From assembly GCA_951804945.1 (NCBI GenBank), contig OX638152.1:63922001-63986000 (forward strand): 64,000 nt of DNA, written 5' to 3'. The position numbers were made by a program, and so were the translations under genes. Positions 36,972 to 47,393 of the stretch are shown here, in pieces. Source of the DNA: Podarcis cretensis (taxonomy: Eukaryota). Positions within the stretch are counted from its first letter, which is position 1; every line of letters starts with the position of its first letter. The notes under the pieces were generated by a model. That model was given only the letters and a program-made list of their open reading frames with translations, was not told where the DNA came from and ran no database searches.

Positions 36972-37056
36972 TACAGCATTTCTGCATAAGTACTGAAACT
37001 ATTTCATAACCTGGAAGATATGATGATGGTGATGATGATGTCTGGGGGTGGTTTAT

Positions 37057-37440
37057 TTATTCTTTGGCAATCACTCGTAGCCAAGTAAGATTGTCTTCCA
37101 TGATTTTTTGGATATTGAGCGATAAGCCAAGCTTTCTTAAGCTTCTGCGAATATATTTAGGATGTTTGACGGTCATCCTCTGAGTGTGCACACACTACGT
37201 TGTAATCAGCATACTGAAGCTCTATGATGGAAGTTATGATGACCTTACTCTTTGCTTTCAGCCTACTTAGATTAAAGAGCTTTCCGTCTGTTCAATATGA
37301 TTTCTACACCGGTGGGGAGTTTCCCTTTGACAATGTATAGGATCGTGACAATGAAGATAATAGAGTTGGGGTGATAACACACCCCTGTTTAACGCCTGGT
37401 CGCACTGTGAATGGTTCACTTTGAGAGCCATTGTTATTCT
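37057..37440 (-). mobile_element. Internally deleted RTE-clade LINE fragment (RT core joined to 3' tail)
   Basis: Minus-strand translation NNGSQSEPFTVRPGVKQGCVITPTL...IIELQYADYNVVCAHSEDD, followed by the tail ggaagacaatcttacttggctacgagtgattgccaaaga shared with the copies near 7850 and 50400. Confidence 0.85.
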
Positions 37441-38487
37441 TAACCTGGAAGATATTATGATAATGATAATGATGATGCTGTCTGGGGCTGTTTATATAAG
37501 AAATACAAACAAAAATGTGTTTCATTAAAAAGAGACCAAAATTTGAAGGCTGCTTCATATCTTACATTATTATTCCATTGGAATGTAACAGCAGTCTTCA
37601 TGAAATATTGAAATATATGCTAATTTTCCTTAATTGAGACATTCTGGAAAAACAGTTTAAGCATCTTTATAAAGTTAATTCAATGTATTTTAGTCATTGG
37701 ATGATCAAGGGATATTCAGCAATTATTTTGAAAATGTGAGGTATCAAACACCTGCTTTTATACTTGAAAAATTGACTTAGACCTACTCTCAAAGTGCTAT
37801 CTATTATCCCAAACTTGTGGGGGTTTCAACTGAATAATCCATATCTATGATATCATTTAGAAACTCTCTCACAAACTCATCTCAGATTACACAGCCCGGC
37901 TTCTGCAGAGGGTATGAAATTGAGTTAACTTCCCCAATATTCATATCCTGGCATGCCAGCCCAAATGTCTGCTGAGACATCCACTTCCATTCTACGTATC
38001 TAAAATAGTTTCCCCATGCCCTGTTCAAAACCACTCTGTGAAATGTTTCAAACCAACTCTGAGCATAAGGAAATTTATTGTTGAAACTTGCAAGTCCCGT
38101 GCTTCACAGTAAGTGCTACTTCATTCTGTTAATAAGACTATGATAACAGCTTAGGATCTTTCCACGGACAAGTGGCAAGTGACCTCTCACCTGGGTCCTG
38201 GCCAGCATTTTTGTAACCTCATATTGACCCATCTCAGCCTCTGCTAGCACTTGGCCTCGACTTGGTCTTGTGGCTTTGCAAGAAACACCTGACATCACTT
38301 TCTCTTCTAGCTTTTGTATCTCCTTACCCTGGCAATGATGTGGAAACCAAGCTCACTGCTTAATGCAGTCTTTTGCTCTGTAGCAAAAGAGGGAATAAGA
38401 TGATGGCTCTCCTGTTTGCTGTGTCCTTTCAGAGGTCTTCATAAGGCTGATGTAGAAAGGGAAATCCTATTTAAAGGGAACAAAAAA

Positions 38488-38725
38488 ATTGTCCAGTAGC
38501 ACCTTAAAGACCAACTAAGTTTGTTCTTGGTGTAAGTTTTCATGTGCATGCACACTTCTTCAGATACACTGAAACAGAAGTCACCAGACCCTTCTATAAA
38601 GTAGGAGGCTGGGGTGAGGTTTTTCTCAGGAGGGTAGTAGGAGATGGGTGATTCACTCAATGGGTATGGTAAACCTGTTGACGACTGTTAATGACTGCAA
38701 TTAGTCCTACAGGAAAAAACAAGGG
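38488..38725 (-). mobile_element. Penelope-like element terminal-repeat fragment with degenerate minimal hammerhead motif
   Basis: Minus strand ctgaagaagtgtgcatgcacatgaaaactt...ttagttggtctttaaggtgctactggac, which I recognise as typical of reptile Penelope-like repeats. Confidence 0.65.
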
Positions 38726-39054
38726 ATAGTATGCATATGATTAGCATGCCTGAATCTAGAACCATGGAAGGCACTACAATGAGCTGCATGAAATGGAAGT
38801 CCATCAACTCTACCTACCTGAACCTATTTAAAGGAGCCCGTCTGACCCAAAAAAGGCAATTGTACTCAGCTAGATAGGTCGTTTTAAGATTGCTTTTTCC
38901 CCAGTGCTGGGAAAAGTGCCAAATCACTACAAAGCAAAGAATCTGTTTGTTTAATCCAGGGATAACCAATGTGGTACCCTCCAAATGATGGGCAGCAATT
39001 TTCATCAGCCCCTGCCAGTATGGTCAGTGGTAAGAGATTATGAATGTTATTGTT

Positions 39055-39190
39055 CAGGCATAGGCAAACTCGGCCCTCCAGCTGTTTCGGCACTACAACT
39101 CCCATCACCCCTAGTTAACAGGGCTAGTGGTCAGGGATGATGGGAATTGTAGTCTCAAAACATCTGGAGGGTCGACTTTGCCTATGCCTG
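39055..39190. mobile_element. Palindromic hAT MITE nested in an older related copy (~38958-39228)
   Basis: TIRs CAGGCATAGGCAAA / TTTGCCTATGCCTG. Flanks TTATTGTT / TTGTAGTT. Confidence 0.85.
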
Positions 39191-39524
39191 TTGTAGTTCA
39201 ACAGCATCTGGAAGAAAGCTTGCCCTGGTTGAATCTGGGATATCAATGGGATAGCAAAAGTGCCTACCTCACTGTAGTGATACGGTGCTCTTTTCTGTGT
39301 GCTCTGCGCTGGTCCTGTTTTTTCTGTCATCCATCTCCCAGTAAATCCACGAAGGTCACAGCAACTTGGGGGCCTCACAGATGGTACTTTGCCAGCCCTC
39401 CCTAAAACCTGGCATTAGTCCTGGCATTGTTAAACCTGTTTAGGTAAAAAAAGATGCTATCTCTAGGAACACTGGCATTGCATCATTCTGTTATTCATTC
39501 TATGAGTTCTTTGAGGGTCGGACT

Positions 39525-39666
39525 CATAGAATCATAGAATTGCAGAGTTGAGGATCATCCTCAGCCCAACCCCTGCAATGCAGGAATATGCAGCTGTTCC
39601 ATATGGGGATCAAACCTGCAACCTTGGCCTTCTCAGCACTATGCTCTAACCAACTGTGCTACCCAG
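39525..39666 (-). mobile_element. tRNA-Ile-headed short SINE with CR1 tail
   Basis: Minus strand tagcacagttggttagagcatagtgctgagaaggccaaggttgcaggtttgatcccc resembles tRNA-Ile(AAT). Ends ATTCTATGATTCTATGA. Confidence 0.72.
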
Positions 39667-39667
39667 A

Positions 39668-39820
39668 ATGGATTCAATTTACAAGAAAAGCAACTCTGGT
39701 TAAACATTAGGAAGAACTTTCTGACAGTAAGAACTGTTCAGCACTGAAGCAGTGTCATCCCTCTATTGCAGGGATTTGGACTAGATGATCCTTGGGGTCC
39801 CTTTCTACAATACTATTCTT
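39668..39820 (+). mobile_element. CR1 LINE 3' fragment
   Basis: aaacattaggaagaactttctgacagtaagaactgttc matches the CR1 copy near 54517. Also ttggactagatgatcc. Confidence 0.75.
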
Positions 39821-40814
39821 TTATCCTGTGATTTGATTTATTTGTGTGGGATTTTTTTATTTTATTTTTAAAAAGCACTATCTTTCAAGGTGTACCAGCC
39901 TTTGAAGGCTATCCACTAGTACACTATCAAAACAGTAAGTATAAAATGTGGTGTAGCCTGACTGGCTGTTTTCTGGGGCAATGAGCATTTCTTTTATTTG
40001 TGCTGTGATTTGTACTAAATATAATTAACTTTAACTAGGGATGGGCTTAGTTTATTTATTTCCAATTTTCAGTTCCTATCAAACAACCAATAAAGGGTAA
40101 ATTCAAGTCAGATTCTTCACAGTATATTCTGTTCCCTGGAGATGATAAGCTCCTGATTATCTGACACTTACTTCCTAGCAAAGCAATCACTTCTGCATTT
40201 TTTCCCCCAAAACAACTTTTTAAAAATTGCTTCCATTTGTTATTTAAAATACTATTTGTTTAAATAATTCCTAACACTCAGCTGCTAGCTCTGTGGCATA
40301 ATTAGTGTTTAGCCCTTTGGTTAGCTTTGATTGTTATGTGCCTTTGTCCTGCAGAGAAATGTTTCTGCTGCTACTTTAGTATGCATGAACTAAAACTATG
40401 TTTCCACTTAATGAAAGAAGATGGAAAACTTTGAAGCAAATGGCTCCTATGCATTAAGCTCATTATTTATTCATCTGTTAGAGTATAACCCACTTCCCTT
40501 TATCTGAATTTTGTAAACCCCATCTCTTCAGTATGCATGAAAAGGTATGCCACCTGGAGAGTGTTGAAACACAATTAGTATATACGCACATGTAAGAAAT
40601 ACAGCCAAAATTAAATGTCTACAGATGCGCATTTTAATCTGGGACTGGTCAGGCACAAATGAGCATGGACAAAAAGCTCATTCAGAACTCCCGGAGCCTC
40701 GTTTGACAATTTTCCCCACTTGAAAGAAATGTGGTTGTGGAATTTCTTCTATGCACACAATAAGACATTGCCTGTGGTGACTTCTAACTACATAGTCACA
40801 GCAATCCTATGAAG

Positions 40815-40926
40815 TAGAATCGCAGAATTGTAGAGTTGAAAGGGACCCAAGAGTCATCTAGTCCAAATGCAGGAACTCAACTAAGCATCCATAACAGATG
40901 GCCATCCAACCTCTGCATAAAAACCT
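40815..40926 (-). mobile_element. CR1 LINE 3' fragment
   Basis: tagaatcgcagaattgtagagttgaaagggaccc...catctagtcc (reverse CR1 tail). Confidence 0.7.
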
Positions 40927-43900
40927 ACCCTTAAAGCCATTACGTGGTGGCTGTTACATGTAGATCAGTCCCTAGGCTCACTTCTTGGCTTGTACCTACA
41001 CCTGTAGGTACAAAATAACACTGCTGCCAAAGTTCCACCAATGCTGCACTTAAACCACAACAGAGCTACTTGTGCCTATCTTCTGTAAATTAAAACTACT
41101 ACTTTATCCCTCCCACCATTTTTCCTAACATGCCTTGCCTTCTTCTGTTTACTTACCAGGATGGGGCAGGGAAGGGGAAAATAATGGCCATCTCTCATTT
41201 GTTTGGACATTCTGAGGGGGGGGGGAATATTGTAGCCCTTGGGACTGGTAGATTTACCAAGGGCTACAAGTCCTAAGAACCATTAGTTCTTTTCTCCTGG
41301 TTTGCTGTTCAGGAGCAAGAGGCACCCCTTCTCTAATTTCACACTGCTTCTAGCCTCACTACTACTGGATCAGTAAGTAAAGGGGGAGTTTGTTTGGTGA
41401 CTGAGGGGCTAATGAGGTTGTTTTGAATGGCTTGGGAAAACAGCTTTTATTTACCTGCCTCAGGGATGGGGTGAGCATTCCTGCCTCACTGAAAACTTGG
41501 ACCCAATTTGTGTGTTAGCGCTCTTCACCCTCCCCCCTCCCCCGCCAATTAAAACAATTAAAGACAATGAGCCAAAAGAAACCCAACAACCTTAACCAAC
41601 CTGAGGGTTTGGACTGGTTTACAAGCCCTCCTCCAGCAAAGCAGGGCAGCAAATTGTGGAAACAGAACACATCACACAACCTGCCAATTTCCCCCGTTTT
41701 ACTGACAAGGTTTCACTGATGATGTTAGGCTTCTCCTCCAGCCTTGCCTGTCTCAGGTTATTCTAATGTTCCATTTATATTTACGTTCTGTTTTTTAGAA
41801 CAAACCATAATTTACTTCAGCATTTTGGATAGTCTGAAATATTTTATGTTGCGCTGCTTCTCCTGGTTCATAAGTAATGTGGGGTCATATTGGCTTCTCA
41901 GTTGAAACAATACATTCAAAGCCTTCTGCAGCTTCTGTTGCCCTGTTGCCTGTGTGTACTCTTGTAGAATAGAATTATGTCTAATGAATATGGTAACAGC
42001 ATGTTCTCTCCACATTTGTGGTTTGTAAGTATTTTTCTGGTACAGCTGCTCTTAATGTACCTCATAAGCCTGGTGTGAAGCAATATAAAATGGCTGGTGT
42101 TATTGCCATTACCGTTATTAACAGCTCACTTTTCTCTTCCTTTTCTCCTCCTTCAGCCTCTAATGGAAAGCAAAACTGCACATACAAAACAAACCTTGAA
42201 GCAGTTGGATTTAACAACCTGTCTAATTGCCTGGTAAGATACCGCTTGACAACAAGATTTTAAAATGAATGCAGTACACACAATATTGCTTCTGTATCAT
42301 TTTTCAAAAATCCAGTTCCAAACTGATCTACACAAATCAAATGTCAACAGTCTCGTTCAATGATTATTTATTATCTGACCTTCTTGTACTCTCAAGAAGA
42401 TGTACCTTTGCCAGTCACATAACTGAGTCCATCTGTTTGCCTCTGCCTTCGTAGGAGGTGAGCAAACTAGAGACCCTAAACATGATTCACGTCCATCCAA
42501 TAGAAATAGAATGTCCCTTAACTGACTGGCAACAAAATGTTTTGGGAACTGGGACTCCAGGAAAGAAGGCACATGAGGTTCCTAACTCAAAAAGGAATAA
42601 AATTTCCTTAATGCAGACACATGCCATATAGAATACACTGCACCGTCATTTGATGGCAAAATTCACAGTAGACAAATTGCTGGAACATATGGACAAGACA
42701 TATTTGCTCCTAATATATTTTGTTTAGCCTGAATGATTTCTTAGTCTTTCTGCTCCTATATACTTTGCTATTCTTACTATTTTTCCCAAAATGTAGATCT
42801 TGTGAATGTCAATATATGTTTTCCAAGTATCCTCTTTAATAGATCTATATAGTTGCTCAATATTTCATGGCAAAATGTCACATTAGCATTAAACAATGCT
42901 GAGGATACCCAATTATAAAGTTAAATATCTACCCTAAGACATGTGCAGTGAGGTGTACTGAATGCTAATCAAAAGCTATGACCTGTAGCATTATGCTGGG
43001 ATTATGACCTTGGAAGCCATTCTACTGAAACAGGTTGAGTCAGCCGTAATACTGAGATCAGCTACCAGCAGCAGATGGTACAAAACTACTGGGAGGAATT
43101 ATAATCTTGGCCTAGCCCAGCTAAAGTCAGGTGATGTACTGAAGCTGTTGGACAAGATAGACATCCTCCAATTTCATTAGGACTCAGTTACAACTAACTT
43201 TAGCTAGATCACAACCCAAATTAATACCTGCATCTGAATATGACTACCAAAAACCATTGCCTTTGTGGGAAGGACCATAGCTCAGTACATACTTTGCATC
43301 TAAGAGGTCCCAAGCCTCAGTTTTCTGTTGCCCCCCCCCCCCATGCAAGGATCTCAGCTTGTGGGGTTAGAAAGCCCCATGTTTGATCCTTGGAAAGTTC
43401 CTTTCAAACAGGCTACACAGTCCAACAGTCCAGCTTGTTATAAAACAGTTTCATATGTTCATGCACTTGAAGTGGTGTAAGGTGAGAGGAAACTTTTGCC
43501 AATGGTATTTTCACTTTATTTGCATCACTAAATTTGCAAGGCTTAGGCATGCAGCCAGATGGAATTACCTTGATGCATTTCTGTCCACAATACCCAATAT
43601 CTAATAAGTGTTAGCAGAAAACCTAGCATTGTGTATAAGCAAAGAAATGGTTTCACATATTGTGATATTCTGGCAACACTGATGCATTTCAGTCTTAAAG
43701 GTTTTTGTTTGAATATAAGACCCATAAAAGTGGTTTGGGATATATGCTGTTCTGTTACTATATTAGTGATGTACAACTGACTCATCCAGGGTTAGAAGAA
43801 ATATTGGTAACTGTAGTACTATATAATACCAGAACTCAAAATTTAGTATCAGCGTGTTTGGTTGTTGTTTTTTAGTGTATCGGGGAACTGTGCATGTGGA

Positions 43901-44183
43901 TTTATTTTATGTATGAGAAGTATCTAACTCAGTGAAATCTGGCATCTGTGTCCTTGAGAATGAAGTTTTAAAACCAGTATTGAGTTGATCTCTGCCCCCC
44001 CCCATTAACTATATAGAAACAGATGTTAGGAGACCGCCTTGTACTTCTTTTTTTAGATGCTTGAAAGTGTTACCCCTTTTCAAGGAAAGTGTTTTTGAGA
44101 CTTTTTCTTTTTTACAATCACTTTTATTTTGCCACACCAATCTTGAATATTTTTACACGTAGCTTTGTGATTAAACTCCAGAG

Positions 44184-44533
44184 TAAAGGTAAAGGGACCC
44201 CTGACCGTTAAGTCCACTCGTGGATGATTCTGGGGTTGCGGCACTCATCTCGCTTTATTGGCCGAGGGAGCCGGCGTACAGCTTCTGGGTCATGTGGCCA
44301 GCATGACTAAGCCACTTCTGGCAAACCAGAGCAGTGCACGGAAACGCCATTTACCTTCCCGCCGGAGTGGTACCTATTTATCTACTTGCACTTTGACGTG
44401 CTTTTGAACTGCTAGGTTGGCAGGAACAGAGACCGAGCAACAGGAGCTCACCCCGTCGTGGGAATTCGAACCGCCGACCTTCTGATCAGCAAGTCCTAGG
44501 CTCTGTGGTTTAACCCACAGCGCTACCCACGTC
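44184..44533 (-). mobile_element. Sauria SINE (full length)
   Basis: Same structure as the other copies, with (GGTAAA)n tail on +. Confidence 0.92.
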
Positions 44534-44572
44534 TTGCATCCAAATTTTTTTTCATGTGATTCTTGCACAGAC

Positions 44573-44605
44573 ATACTTACCTGGCAGGATAGATACAGTT
44601 ATCAC
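44573..44605 (+). pseudogene. RNU1: U1 snRNA 5' fragment
   Basis: ATACTTACCTGGCAGGatAGATACagTtATCAC versus the U1 5' end ATACTTACCTGGCAGGGGAGATACCATGATCAC: 28/33 identical, first 16 nt exact, starting at U1 position 1. Confidence 0.7.
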
Positions 44606-45401
44606 ATATTTAGGTTACTATAACTAAGGACACAACTCCCAGTTGCAGCAAGGGCAGACTTTAGATTTTCTAATTTTAGCAGCACCTTGTGAGAGGCCCA
44701 AATTTGGTGCCTCGCTCCACCTTGTCTTCAATTCTGCTCAAGTCACTACACTATGTCATAGTTGTGATGCCTTGCAGTGCCCCCTAGGCTTGGCACCACC
44801 TCTGATTGCAGTTTCTCTCTTTCTCATCTTTCCAATCTTAAAATCAGTTCTTCACATTTCTACAGCAATTTGAAATATATGGATAATTACATATGTCAGC
44901 ATTCATATGCATTTTCTTGTGTTATTTTCGCATGTGCACATGGCACATTTTTGTACACATTGGTTAAAGGACAGCATCACAAAATTCAAAGAAGTATGGA
45001 TTTTGAAGGATAGCTGTATATAGGTGCACATATTGGTCACAGCATGCAAATTAGGTGGTTTCTCATTAAAATTTGAGCAAAAATGACTTCCCTCCCAATT
45101 CTAGCAGATACCAATAATGGAAATTTGTGATAAGATTTATAGAAAGGTTTAGAAATCCAGTCCTGAATATATTCAATATTTAGTTTTATAAGTGTGATTC
45201 CTTTTTAAATCATTAGCTGCGTATTTTTTAATGTGTAATTATAACTATATGAGATAATCCGTCACCCCTCTTTGAAGTAAATGGAATTGTGCCTTGTTTC
45301 TGAACAAAGCCAGTACAAATACCACTGTATTGTTTTATATTTACCAAGTGTAGAATACCACTAATTTGGAAAGAAATGTAAGTGCTATTTAGGAATAATA
45401 A

Positions 45402-45703
45402 CATTGTTACCCACCTTGCCCTCCCTAAATGGTGCCTCTGGGCATCTTTGAAGGAGAGTGATCAGATTCCTATTATCAACCACTAGCAGACACAGGAAAT
45501 TGAATTAATATAGTAAATGTAGAGTAATTTAGTTAAGGACTTTCTGTTCATAGGGGCCACTGGATCACAGAGCCCTTAAATAATTTATTCCATCTTTAGC
45601 TAATCAATTCAATTGTGCATGCCTGTTGATAATAAGAGTCTTACCAACCTTTTCCAAAAACACCCAGAGGCACCATTTAGGGAGGGCAAGGTGAGCACCA
45701 ATG
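45402..45703. repeat. ~300-bp imperfect palindrome
   Basis: 31-bp perfect outer core CACCTTGCCCTCCCTAAATGGTGCCTCTGGG and its reverse complement. Arms align inward to a centre at 45556/45557. Confidence 0.9.
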
Positions 45704-45707
45704 GGAA

Positions 45708-45930
45708 ATATTGTACACTTGCACAGTCATTTCCCTTTGTATACACTATGTGTTTCCCTTGTGTAGAAGATAATAGGAAATTATTGTGGGCGCCAGAATC
45801 ATTGCATGCATTAAAGCCCCTGGATCACAGCCAATGAGTCTTATACACAAAAGAATTTCCAATTATCTTCTACACAAGGGAAACACATACGTAATATATC
45901 CACTGGGAAATGCCTGTGCATGTACAAAAT
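45708..45930. repeat. ~220-bp imperfect inverted repeat
   Basis: 28-bp perfect core TATGTGTTTCCCTTGTGTAGAAGATAAT and its reverse complement. Arms ~95 bp. Confidence 0.9.
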
Positions 45931-47341
45931 GCTTACCTCTCTCATATAAGGAAAGGAGATTTTTCCATGTGTGAGGGATTCAGCACATGCAACTAAAGGG
46001 CTTTGTGGGCCCTGTGCTTTGGCCAGTGGTTTTAGCGTCTAAACATAAAGTGCGGGGAACAAGACAAATTAAAATATATAATGGGGATTCTAATGGTTAA
46101 GGCCTATTGATGTGGACAAACCACTTGAAGGGCTCCAGCTAACCACTTGTCCTCTTGAACCTTGCTCACAGTGGTTCACAAGAGTGAGCCGGAAGGGGTC
46201 AGCTGGTTGAGTCTAGTGAGTTGGAAATGTCTTGTTGTGGGAGGGAACTGGTACCACTGGCCCTTAAAGAGGTGGCTGTGCACCCTCTCCCTGAACTCTG
46301 TAGTTTTAAAACATATATTAGCTAGTTCCTCTCCCTTCTTAGGCAAGATGCTCAAGATGGCGGTGGCAGGTATACTCAAGCTTTTTCAGTCCGGGTTTTG
46401 TTTCCCGTTTTCATTGGAATTCTCCAATATCTCTAACTATATGAAACCCACACTGGGACCGCACGGTGAAAGGCTAAAAATGTGCATAAATTGATAGATG
46501 AAAGTTATTAAATGGTGTCTTTTCCCATTCTGTCAACCCATACTAAGTCAGAAATGAGCCCCCCACCCACCCCAAGCTAGGGATATTCTGACAAGCAAAA
46601 GTTAATCACCTGATTAAATGCTCATGAACAGGGTGAGCAGGGCTCCAGCCTGTGAGCAACATCAACCACTGCTTCTGTCTTTCCCCCCTGTTTTCAAGCC
46701 CAAACCTATTTATGAGGAATGAGCATGATGTGAAAAGTAGAAAACAACTCCAGACACAAACTATATCTAACTTTATAACTATATTAGGGTTTTGGGTTTT
46801 GTTTTTTTGTTTTTTGTTTTAATTCTAAGCTTAAACAATTGAGACAGTTAAAGCATATGTAGCTGTAGTATGAAACTTGTTGAAAACTAAGTGGGACTTT
46901 TTTATTTGAGCAGAGTATTTTTCTTTTAAAGCTGTTGTAACTTTTTATTTTGTTTCATGCAAGCCAACTTCATAAGGGCACCTATCTTTGCTTTCTCTTT
47001 ATTACCACCTTGATCTGACCACACTGTTCTGTTCTCATGGATGAAACAAACTCTATGAGGCAAACCTGTCCTGAAAAATATTATCTTCAAAAGGCTGAGT
47101 CATCTGTTTGATGTACCATTTTATAAACCATTAAACCATGTCCAAACTATAGGTCTTTCAGGAACATAGTAAGGAGACTGTGAAAACAAAGTCTAATAAT
47201 AATGAACTTTTAACAATACAGTTGTACAATGTAGTAGAACCTATTGATTAGCAAATAGTCAACTTGAGGTTTGATGTCTGTGTATTAAAAAAATGGGTCA
47301 GTGCTGAAAGCAGGAAGATTATTTTAGGAGATTTTAAAGTG

Positions 47342-47343
<2 letters not shown>

Positions 47344-47390
<47 letters not shown>
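47344..47390. repeat. (AT)n microsatellite
   Basis: AT run. Confidence 0.97.

Positions 47391-47393
<3 letters not shown>

Noticed and set aside
46353-46363. YY1 motif CAAGATGGCGG as a promoter
   Set aside because: Isolated motif with no CpG island or other promoter evidence.
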